Assembly (NCBI GenBank): GCA_918797485.1
Contig: CAKKNE010000003.1
Span: forward strand, 930,001 to 994,000
From: Pelagomonas calceolata
Taxonomy: Eukaryota
Length of the DNA: 64,000 nucleotides
Direction: 5' to 3'
The translations under genes were made by a program, and so were the position numbers. This document shows, one piece after another, positions 54,200-63,139 of the stretch. Within the stretch, counting starts at the first letter, position 1, and every line of letters starts with the position of its first letter. The notes under the pieces are model-generated. The model was not told where the DNA came from, searched no databases, and worked only from the letters and a program-made list of their open reading frames with translations.

Positions 54200-55504
54200 T
54201 CATTCACTCGCCGCGATGCGACGTGCTGCCTCCGCGGCGGCCGCGTGCGCGACGGCTTCCTCGGCTTCCTCGGCGCGGAGGACCTGCTGGTCCTCGATGA
54301 ACTGCTTCGCAGCCGCCGCCGCCGTCGCGGCCGCGGCGGCTTGCGCCCGGAGGCCCACAGGGTGCTCGTCGTAGGGCATGACATCGATCACCCCACCGTC
54401 TTTGAGACCTATATCGTCGCACGACTGATCACCCTCGATCAGTACCTCTGGAGAACCGGGCAGACTGAACGCCCACTGGGTGATGTAGGGGCGCTGAGAA
54501 CCTCCTCTGTGTTTCGCGTAGTTCCTAAATACCTTCATGAGAATCGTTGTGGAGAGAACCTTGTAATATAATGCATTGGTGCCGTCTTCCGCCCGTCGAA
54601 CGCAAATGTTGAGTGGTGTGCCGCGCGGCGGCACAGGAGGCGGCGGCAGGTACGACATGACGCGTCGGAACAGGCCGCGTTCACCAGTACGGGCGAGGAA
54701 ATTTAAGACGCCGTCGCGCGTCGTCGCGCGGTCGTGAATCGCCAGATGTCGCACCAACGCGCACGTGCGGCGCTGCTCGATCACGTAGCTGCGGTAGCTG
54801 CCGGCCGCGCGGACCTGGCGCACGAGGGCCTTGAACGCTAGGTAGTTCGCGTTGTTGGCCAGCGAAGGCTCCAGCCGTTCTTTCTCGCCCAGGACCCATT
54901 CGATCGGCTCGGATCGACCAGTTGATTGCGCGTCTCCCTGCGCATCTCTGACCACTGACGAGTAGGCCGAGTCCAGACTCTCTCCATTGCGCAACAGTGC
55001 ATGGGCGACCTCCAGGTGTTGTTTTGTGAAGATGTGGGGCCCACACTCGGCATTGAGAATCATATAAGCAAGATGAGAGTAGCACTGAATTTTCTTTCGG
55101 CCGTCTGATAGCGATTGAGTCACTAGAGATTGACGTCGTATTGGGGTTGCCCCTGCGCCCCATCTTATCAGCAGGTCGATTACGCGGGGGGCTGAATAGG
55201 GAGCTTCCAACGAGACCGCGGACAGTACGCCGCTTGACATAGTGTTCGCCGGGATCTGTGGGTCATGCCCCACATGGAACAACTGATCTGGGTTCGCGCC
55301 GCTAGCCAGGGCCAGGCGGAGAAAGCGAAGCATTGACTCGGCATTGGATGGGCGAATGCATGTCGCAGCGTACCACATCACCACAATCAAGCTCTTTTGA
55401 GAGTGATGCTTGGACGCGAGCCACTGGCGGGCTTCCTCGACATGCTCAGGGCCCCCATATTTCAAGTAATCCACAACATTTGAGGGAACGTCAGGCTGCG
55501 ACAT
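54200..55504 (-). CDS. Ankyrin-like family protein with a C-terminal SUMO/ubiquitin-like domain
   Basis: LRLALASGANPD, LLIRWGA, VRAAGSYRSY; LNICVR...YYKV...LMKVFRNY...IEGDQSCDDIGLKDGGVIDVM. Confidence 0.7.
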   Translation of the reverse strand: MSQPDVPSNVVDYLKYGGPEHVEEARQWLASKHHSQKSLIVVMWYAATCIRPSNAESMLRFLRLALASGANPDQLFHVGHDPQIPANTMSSGVLSAVSLEAPYSAPRVIDLLIRWGAGATPIRRQSLVTQSLSDGRKKIQCYSHLAYMILNAECGPHIFTKQHLEVAHALLRNGESLDSAYSSVVRDAQGDAQSTGRSEPIEWVLGEKERLEPSLANNANYLAFKALVRQVRAAGSYRSYVIEQRRTCALVRHLAIHDRATTRDGVLNFLARTGERGLFRRVMSYLPPPPVPPRGTPLNICVRRAEDGTNALYYKVLSTTILMKVFRNYAKHRGGSQRPYITQWAFSLPGSPEVLIEGDQSCDDIGLKDGGVIDVMPYDEHPVGLRAQAAAAATAAAAAKQFIEDQQVLRAEEAEEAVAHAAAAEAARRIAASE

Positions 55505-55652
55505 AGTCCAGATCGGCAGTGAGCTTGACACAGCGGTAAAAAGCAGCTTTGCTTGCTCGATTGTCCAGGCCGGCAGCAGTGAGCTTGACACAGCGGCAAA
55601 AAAATAGCTTTGCTTGCTCGCCGCACCGGTGCAAAGACGCGCAAAAACGGGG

Positions 55653-55674
55653 CTAGCGTCCTGTAACACACTAG
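55653..55674 (-). promoter_or_regulatory. CTAG-bounded motif, copy 13
   Basis: Reverse complement CTAGTGTGTTACAGGACGCTAG; divergent intergenic region. Confidence 0.6.
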
Positions 55675-55889
55675 CAAGCGCCTCACTATTAATCGGCTTG
55701 CAAGCAAGCAAGCTGGACCCACGGCCGTCTAGGGGCACCTTGGATCGCCCACAAGCGCTGCGTTCAAGACCTAAAGGAGTGGCAGCAGTGGAGCGCCACG
55801 CGTGCGGCACTGCCACACTCTAGAGCTCTCTAACACAGCCACTGCTCCTGTCGCGCCGGCGGCCGCAGCAGGGATACGCAACCGCAGCG

Positions 55890-56255
55890 ATGGCGTCGCC
55901 GCCGCGAAGCTACGGCGCGACATCAACCGACACGCGACCAGTGAATACAGCCGAGTACGAACGACTCCTGGGCGACGCCGTCTCGGGCATTGAGCGAACG
56001 GAGGCGTTGGGACATACGACGCTGGGGAAGATCCGGCGGCAGCACGAGACAATTGGTTATGCCGCGCGACGCTCCGACGACACGCGGCGCATCACGCAAG
56101 ACGCAAAAAAGAGTTTGCGAGCGTTGTATTGCAGACTGCTTCGCGAGAAGCTGTGCTTGTCGACGACGATCGCGATACTGTTTACGGTCGACGTGTTCCT
56201 GTTCTACCTGCTCCTGCGGCACGGCGGCAAGTTCCGGAGCGACGACGACTCGTAG
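55890..56255 (+). CDS. Small Q-SNARE-like protein (SNARE motif + C-terminal TM)
   Basis: TEALGHTTLGKIRRQHETI...AKKSLRAL...TM segment. Confidence 0.7.
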   Translation: MASPPRSYGATSTDTRPVNTAEYERLLGDAVSGIERTEALGHTTLGKIRRQHETIGYAARRSDDTRRITQDAKKSLRALYCRLLREKLCLSTTIAILFTVDVFLFYLLLRHGGKFRSDDDS

Positions 56256-56545
56256 AGCACGCCATCGCTGCGATCGTTGCTTTGCTTAGAGCTAGGCCGC
56301 CTAGCCGCGGAGCCGACGCCTCCCCTGCGTGACCGCACGCCCGCCCCGCCCCCGCCCCTCATACGCCGTCGCCCCGAGTGTTAGCTCGGAGGCGACGACG
56401 GCGAGGGGGGAGCAGGCAGGACGCCGAAAATCACCCCAAGGCCGCGCCGGTGGCGCATCGGGGGCCGCCTCGGGAAAGCTAAATGTAGTGTGCTTGTATT
56501 TACAATAAATTTAGGTCACTAGGGAGGAGGGAGAAGTATGCAAAG

Positions 56546-58162
56546 TCAGGAGTTCTCGGAGAGCCGCCGCCGGAAGCGCGCCGCGGACGTCGCCGGCAGC
56601 GTGAGCGTCGCCGCCGTCTCGCGCAGGCCCTCTAATTTAACCACGTCGCACTCGACGTAGTCCTCGAAAGGGTTGGAGGGGACGAGGTTGATGGGCAGCG
56701 GGTCGACCTCGGCCAGGTCGAAGCGTCTTATGGATGCGAGGTTCTGGCGAAAAACAATGCACCCGCGTCCCACGAGCGAGCCGGCCCAGCGCACGCGCCG
56801 CGCGGGTGGTCTCAGCCACGACATCAACCGTCCCGACGAGCACTTTACGATGTTCGACAGACCCCGTAAATAAAGAGCGTAGACCTCAACAAATAAACGG
56901 AGCACGCACCCCACGAAAAGAGCCAGCAGCAACAGTATATAGGAAGGCCTTCTCCCATCGTCGCACGAGACGGTCTCGACGAGCTCGGAAATCGTCGCAC
57001 CCTGTCTTTCAGCGTCGAGAGCTGCCCTCCTAACTCGCTCGGGGTCGCGCCGCAGCGGCTCCAATGCTCTGACCGCCGTCTGAACTAACGCCGCAGCATC
57101 ATTGGAGGCGTAATCCAATAACGCGCCCCGGTCCGAACAGTACAACGCTGGACTATCTTCCTCCTTCGAATCTTCTCCAGATAAAGAAGACCAGCGCGGG
57201 CTCGCCGAGACCTGATCGACGAAGCCCGGCCCGCGCTGGACCAGGGCCGGCGTGCCGACGGCCGCCGCCTCGGCGCAGGTGTTCCCGAACGTTTCAAAAT
57301 CAGAAGCCGAGGCCAGGAAATCTGCCGCGGCATACGAGCACGCTAATTCCCTTCCCCGTCTTCTCATGCCCCGCACCACATGCACACCTTTATGGGGGTC
57401 GTGCCACTGTTGTATTTCCCTCGCTATGGACTCGTCGGCGGCGTCTCCTATCAATGATAACGACACGTCGGGCAGTTGTCTCACGCATCGTACGAGCAAC
57501 CCAATGCGCTTCTCGGCGGACCAGCGGCCCGCGTACAATAACAACACTGTGGCACCGTGACCGTCCGTGAGGCGCCGCCTTTCAGCCGCGATCTCGTCCT
57601 CCGTTAAATCGATGCGCAGGTCGGAAGTATGAGGAGGCCGGTACGTCCACACGTTCTTGGCGGCTCTAATAACGCCGCGATCAGCTAGAATTCGAGCGAA
57701 GGACGGCGACGTCGTCGCGCAGGCCGCCGATAAATAGGCCGTGCACGCCTGGGACGCGGAAGCTAAGGAAGGCACCCCTCCTGGTAATTTGGAACCGTCC
57801 GTATGAATCGAATACAGTAAAGGCACGCGCGCCGCCCGGCATAGCAGCGCAATATTAACATCGTTAAATAAATCCGTCACGACGACGCAGCGCGGCCTCT
57901 TCTCCGACCGCAGCCGCCGCCAGAGCCGCATCGTCCACAGCGATGACGGCGCGTCGGTAAGTGTCCGCGGGAAGAAGGGGTGGACGACGCGCGGGATGCG
58001 CTGGCCTTCGTCTTGCGCGTCGACGGTCCACACGTCGACGAGCCAGCCGCTCCTTCGCAATTCGTTGACGTAGTTCGCCCAGCGCGGCGCGACGCCGCCG
58101 GCGCCGACGACGTCGGTCGTCGAGGGGACGGCCACTAAGACGCGGCGTTGCGTTGCGTCCAT
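56546..58162 (-). CDS. Glycosyltransferase family 4 (SQD2-like)
   Basis: GGV, YSIHT, LYAGRWSAEKRI, YAAAD...ETFGNTCAEAAAVGTP. Confidence 0.82.
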   Translation of the reverse strand: MDATQRRVLVAVPSTTDVVGAGGVAPRWANYVNELRRSGWLVDVWTVDAQDEGQRIPRVVHPFFPRTLTDAPSSLWTMRLWRRLRSEKRPRCVVVTDLFNDVNIALLCRAARVPLLYSIHTDGSKLPGGVPSLASASQACTAYLSAACATTSPSFARILADRGVIRAAKNVWTYRPPHTSDLRIDLTEDEIAAERRRLTDGHGATVLLLYAGRWSAEKRIGLLVRCVRQLPDVSLSLIGDAADESIAREIQQWHDPHKGVHVVRGMRRRGRELACSYAAADFLASASDFETFGNTCAEAAAVGTPALVQRGPGFVDQVSASPRWSSLSGEDSKEEDSPALYCSDRGALLDYASNDAAALVQTAVRALEPLRRDPERVRRAALDAERQGATISELVETVSCDDGRRPSYILLLLALFVGCVLRLFVEVYALYLRGLSNIVKCSSGRLMSWLRPPARRVRWAGSLVGRGCIVFRQNLASIRRFDLAEVDPLPINLVPSNPFEDYVECDVVKLEGLRETAATLTLPATSAARFRRRLSENS

Positions 58163-58471
58163 GGCGTTGCGCTCGACGACTCACACTGAGTGTGGTCACT
58201 CTCAGAGTTGGAGCGGTTATGCGCTATCGCTGCGAACTTTCGGGCTGCCGCAGCGAGCGAGACGGCTGTCGAAGTCAGACGAGCAGCCGAAACCGAGCGC
58301 TGGCGCAACACGCGCGTATTGCGAGATGCAAATGTGGTTCCGCCCGAGCTCGTGATGCTAGTACCTTTACATTCAAGGAATCGAACCGGATCTCAGGGCT
58401 GAAGTGAGCTATTGAGCTCCCGCCCTCCGAGCTAGGCCATACAAGAGCTAGGGTGATGTATAAACACATAC

Positions 58472-60553
58472 TTAGAGCGCCGCCAGCGCCTCCACCACCT
58501 CGCCCGGCGCCGCCGGCCGCCCGCTGAAGTGGACGACCCTATCACCAACTCCGAAGGCGACGGGCACCGCGGGGCAGGGTTCTAGAATAGGACTCGTCGC
58601 CGTCGCGGCCCCGCCACACGTATATAAACGAATATCGGTGAAGACGTCTCGCTCCTCGAGCGCCCACTGTCGGACGACGGGCTCGACGCCGGCGATGAGG
58701 GGCGCGACGTGTGCCGCGGCGGCGTGGTCCGACCCGAGGAACAGCTCTAAATACGTCGTGACGCGGCTCGGCACCTTCAGTAGAGACGCCATTTTCGCGA
58801 GCACATCTCCCACCCAGTTGCGCGACTTGAAGGTCGGCAGGTTGACGTAGCACTCGCAGCCGCCGTGGCCGCCGTGGCCGTGGCCGTGGCCGTGGTCGTG
58901 CGCATGGGCCTCACTCGCGCCATGGTCGTGCGCGTGTGCCTCGCCGTGCTCGTGGTGCGAGTGGCAGTCGCCGTCGTGGCAGTGCTCGCCTGAACCTTTC
59001 TCGACCGCGACGCCGCACAAATCCCGCGGGAACTGGCCCGGCCCGTCGCCCAGGACGACGTCGCACGTGAACGGCGACGCGAACACCATCGTGGCGAAGG
59101 GCATGTACTCCAAAGGTAGATCGGCCTCGAGCGCCGGCAGCCAGCTCTTTCCTACCTGAGGTAACAGGTCGGAGGCCGTCGCGTTCTTCCGCACCGTGTC
59201 TAATACGGCGTTCCTCGCCGTGAGACGCGTCGCGTTCACCTCCAGTGTAGTGAGCGTCCCTCCGTCGATGGCCTCCAATACCTCGACATAGGCTCTATCA
59301 TCATACCTATTGTAGCCGGCCATCTGGAAGAAAGCTAAAAATAACTGCAGCTGGTACTTCATAGGTAACTTTTCTAAGTGAGAATAGGTATGGCTCTCGA
59401 CGATCGTATACTTGATGTAGGTCCAGAAGCCCGTGTTCGGGAACTGCGCGCGCCATTTTCGGGATAAGTAGTCTCTAGTACCATGACAAGTCGCCTCCGA
59501 TCTTTTATACATGAAGTAGGGCACGTCGCGCCACGAGAACTCGGCTATTCTGAACTCGAGGCGCGCCGTCGGCACGAAGACGACCCTTCTATTTTGAGCT
59601 TTCAGCGATAGGATCATGTCCAGGTACTCCAAGGTATAAGCAGCGTGGGGATCGACCAGATCGCCGATCGCGGCCGTTCGCACCACAAAGCCGTGGTCTT
59701 CCAGGAAATCAGTTTGATCGCCTTCCGGGAAGTCTCGTCCTCTGTTTAGTGCTCTCGCAATAGAATGGTCGTGCCGCACGTACCCGTCCTGCCACCTGAG
59801 TTTCGTTTGCGTGGCGTGTGCTGCTAGGGAGCCGTCTGATTTAGATTCGTAGAGCATCGGCGCGGCGACGACGTACGTAGAATCTCGCGCTTGGAGCGCT
59901 CCCACGAGTTCACAAGCGAAGTGCGGGTCGAGGGCGTAGCCGTCGTTGTCTGCGCGGGAGTACTATTATTGCGGGAACGCGTCGATGGCGTCAGAGGCGC
60001 TCTCGCCGCGACGCGGTGACGAGTTCGTGCCCCCCCACGCCATCGCCGCGACGCAGAAATCGGACGCCGACAAGCGACGCAAAAGCAACGCGAACTCCGT
60101 CTTGATGAGACCGACCGAATCGGACCAGCCGCGCATCGGTGATGACGAAGGCGGTAAGGGTACCGTCGTGACGTCGCGCCACGGCGCCAAATCCACCTGC
60201 AAACCAGAAGGATCGCAGGCCGTCAGGTTTGGATAAGTCAGTATTAATGATGTACTAGTACCGACGACGGGCTCCAATGCTTTCACGAAGCCCGGCATCT
60301 GGCTACACGCGTCCTTGACGGTCACTACTACTGTTAGTTTTTCTGCTAAATCGTCGCAGGCGTACTTCGGCGGCAGCGGGGCCGGCGTGCTTGAGGAAAA
60401 GAGGTTGCGGCCTACTTTAAGTAGGGGCAGGTCCAGCGACGTGAGCAAAAGTTGAAACGCGACGGCGGCCAGGACTGCGAGGACGACTTTGGCGCGCGAG
60501 ATTTGGCTCTTTTGGCTAGCAGTTGCGCGCCGCGCGCTGCGGGTGGCAACCAT
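58472..60553 (-). CDS. Type II membrane GT2-like protein with a His-rich insertion; intron 59950-60078
   Basis: N-terminal TM, LTVVVTVKD, spliced FALLLH-NDG; HSHHEHGEAHAHDHG... tract. Confidence 0.65.
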
Positions 60554-60833
60554 TGCAGCGATGGCGTGAGCGCGGCGCTTTTTGCTGCTGCAAAACAAGC
60601 TCAGCTGTAAAATTCAAAATACGTCGCGGATTCGCAGAGTTAGCGGCTCTGGCTGAGCACGGGCAAAGATTGGTGTACTGCCGAACTTCTGACCGTAGCT
60701 GACGATCAATGCGTACGCGCGCGCAGCTTAATGCTGCGCTGAATCTGCAGGGGCGGGTGCGGGTTTTAGTCGTCCGTGCGCGCGACTTTTGAATTCCGAT
60801 TTTTTTGGTGCTGTTTCAGTACTTACATACATA

Positions 60834-61844
60834 TCACACAACCTCCCCGCCCTCCGCGCCGACGGGAACGTGAGGCCTCCGCGTCGTCGTCTCGCGCGAG
60901 GCGACGACGACCGCCGCTCCGACGAGCACGGTGGCGCCGGCTTCCCGCCAGCCGAACCCGCCCAGCCCGAAGCAAACGGCGATCAGCGCGGTGAGGGGCG
61001 GCTGGACGGCGTTGTATAGCACCAGCGTCGCCGAGTCGACGAAGCGGTTCGCATACGCGCGCAGTGAGTAGCCCACCGTCGAGCTGAGTATAGTAGCGTA
61101 CGCCAACGCAGCTAGCGCGTCCGGCCGCGACAGGCGCCGCCGCTGCGCCGCCCCGAACGGCTTTTCGACGCCAAGTAATGTGTCGACCACCGCCGCGACT
61201 GCGAGGACGCTCGCGGCGACGGGAAGCGCGTGTGCGGTGACCGTGATCGGGCCCCACGGTTCGTCTCGGGAACGTCGTTCGTCGAGGAACGGCGGTTCGT
61301 CCGAGGCGTCGCCGCCGCGCACGAGCGTCCGCTGCAGGAGGCAGTAAGCGGCGATGCCGACGCCCTGGCAGAAAAGGAGCGCGCAGCCCAGCAGATTTGG
61401 CCGCACGCCACCGCTCGCTTCGAGAAGCAGAACGCCGGCGCCCGCGAGGAGCGCGGCGGCGGCGCGGCGCCGCGTCATGGGCTCGAGGCCCAGCGCGGCA
61501 CCCATAATCGCTGCGGTGGTCGGCTCGACGGCCTGGAAGATGCCAGCCGTCGTCGCCGAGGTGAGCGCCACGCCCGTCGCGAAACAGAGCTGATACGCGC
61601 CGAGGACCAACCCGAGCGCGACCAATCGAGCCCGCTCGTGTTTTGTCGAGGGCAGCCGAATCCCACCTTCGAGGTGAGCAGCCCACGCGTACGTCAGCGG
61701 GATCGCCGCCAGCTCTCGACACAGACTGAACGCGACGGGGCTTAGCGACGCGAGCGCTCGGGCCAAGAGCACATTGTAGCCGCTGTAAATCAGTGCAGCG
61801 GCGAGGAGGGCCGCGTGCGCGCGCCGACGCGATGTCGTGAGCAT
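60834..61844 (-). CDS. EamA/DMT family transporter (WAT1-like)
   Basis: Multiple TMs; GVALTSATTAGIFQAVEP...LGLE; LYNAVQP. Confidence 0.85.
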   Translation of the reverse strand: MLTTSRRRAHAALLAAALIYSGYNVLLARALASLSPVAFSLCRELAAIPLTYAWAAHLEGGIRLPSTKHERARLVALGLVLGAYQLCFATGVALTSATTAGIFQAVEPTTAAIMGAALGLEPMTRRRAAAALLAGAGVLLLEASGGVRPNLLGCALLFCQGVGIAAYCLLQRTLVRGGDASDEPPFLDERRSRDEPWGPITVTAHALPVAASVLAVAAVVDTLLGVEKPFGAAQRRRLSRPDALAALAYATILSSTVGYSLRAYANRFVDSATLVLYNAVQPPLTALIAVCFGLGGFGWREAGATVLVGAAVVVASRETTTRRPHVPVGAEGGEVV

Positions 61845-62021
61845 TTATGCGACGACGCGGCAGCGTCGAGCGCTCCAATCTGTGGATCAGTTTCTAAACT
61901 GGCAGCAACGCAAGGACCAACGCTGCGCAGCGGTGAGCTGCTGTCTAGAGATGTGTTTCACGTCCGAGGACGCTACGTGTTCAGCCGGCAGCTCAAACCC
62001 CCAAAGTTGGGAAGAGCAGAG

Positions 62022-62043
62022 CTAGCGTCGTGTAAGGCACTAG
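62022..62043 (-). promoter_or_regulatory. CTAG-bounded motif, copy 14
   Basis: Reverse complement CTAGTGCCTTACACGACGCTAG; divergent intergenic region. Confidence 0.55.
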
Positions 62044-62093
62044 CAAGCTCTGCGCGATTGGGAGGCTGCCCAACAGACGCCATCGACGCGAGA

Positions 62094-62900
62094 ATGGAGC
62101 CCTCGAAATCATTAAGAGAAGCCGTCGCCGCCATGGCCGGGCCGGGAGCCGAATTGAGGTACGAGGAGGCGCCGCGCCAGGCCATGCAGCGCCCGATGCC
62201 CAAGGACTGCTGGGCCGTCAACGCGTGCGCGCGGCCGGCGGGCCACTGGGGCGATAGCGAGTGGTACGATTTGCAACTCGAAAGGAGGCTGCCTCTCGTC
62301 GGACCCATGTTGAATGAAGTGGTCTGCGCGCTGCCTCCTCTCGGAAATGGCCGGGTCTGTGATGTGGGATGCGGCACTGGACGGTGCGCCGTTGAGATCA
62401 GGAAGGCCTATCTCCGCTGTACCTTGTGTTTATTGGATGCGGATAAGGACAGGGTCGAGACAGCCAAAAACAGAGTGGCAGAACCGGTAGAGGTGATAGT
62501 GGAGCCGTTCGTGGTCGGAGCACCATCCTTACCGGGGGCGCCCTACGACTGCGTCACTTTAGTGTTAGCGCTGAGGCATTCGACAAGACCGGCGCCGCAC
62601 TACGCCGAAAGGCTAGGATTGCCATTACATACGGGCACCGTCGAGGAGAGCTATCGCGCCGCTCTGACGACAATCTTCTGCTCGCTGCGGCCGGGCGGCA
62701 CGTTGTTGATTGGAGACCAGGTCGCGGCGGGCCACCCGTCGGTGTACAACCAATGTAAATTACTGGAGGACTGCGGCTTCGAGCACGTTGATATTGCCTG
62801 GCGCGACCGCGACTTTTTCGTGATTGGGGCCGCGGCGCCGGCGGACGACCCGGAGCCGAGTTGGTTTCGCGGGGAGGGCGGGCCGCGGTTGCCGGCGTAA
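62094..62900 (+). CDS. Class I SAM-dependent methyltransferase
   Basis: VCDVGCGTG, YDCV, LRPGGTLLIGD. Confidence 0.85.
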   Translation: MEPSKSLREAVAAMAGPGAELRYEEAPRQAMQRPMPKDCWAVNACARPAGHWGDSEWYDLQLERRLPLVGPMLNEVVCALPPLGNGRVCDVGCGTGRCAVEIRKAYLRCTLCLLDADKDRVETAKNRVAEPVEVIVEPFVVGAPSLPGAPYDCVTLVLALRHSTRPAPHYAERLGLPLHTGTVEESYRAALTTIFCSLRPGGTLLIGDQVAAGHPSVYNQCKLLEDCGFEHVDIAWRDRDFFVIGAAAPADDPEPSWFRGEGGPRLPA

Positions 62901-63139
62901 GTTGTTTTCGTCATTTGCGGTTTAAGAGAAGCGATTCTCTACAGCGATTCGAGCCGTAAGGACTGGATCCCTTATTTCTAGTGTGTCACGCTAGATCATT
63001 ATGATAGCAGATTTGCAGAGCAACGAGGTGAAAAGAAGTGCACGTTGAACGAGCAGATCTTGGATAATAGTCAAGAGAAAGATTGTTCTCACTGCTGCTT
63101 GCTGCTGCGAGCCCGACGCCATCGATGCGACCCTCAGCC

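Noticed and set aside
55505..55816. N-terminal extension of the 538-aa ORF
   Set aside because: It spans a ~57-bp tandem duplication and a CTAG motif, so it is likely promoter/UTR; ATG 55504 is preferred.
554..62043. CTAG motif as integron attC sites or prokaryotic operators
   Set aside because: No GTTRRRY cores or integrase; the genes are intron-containing housekeeping genes in both orientations.
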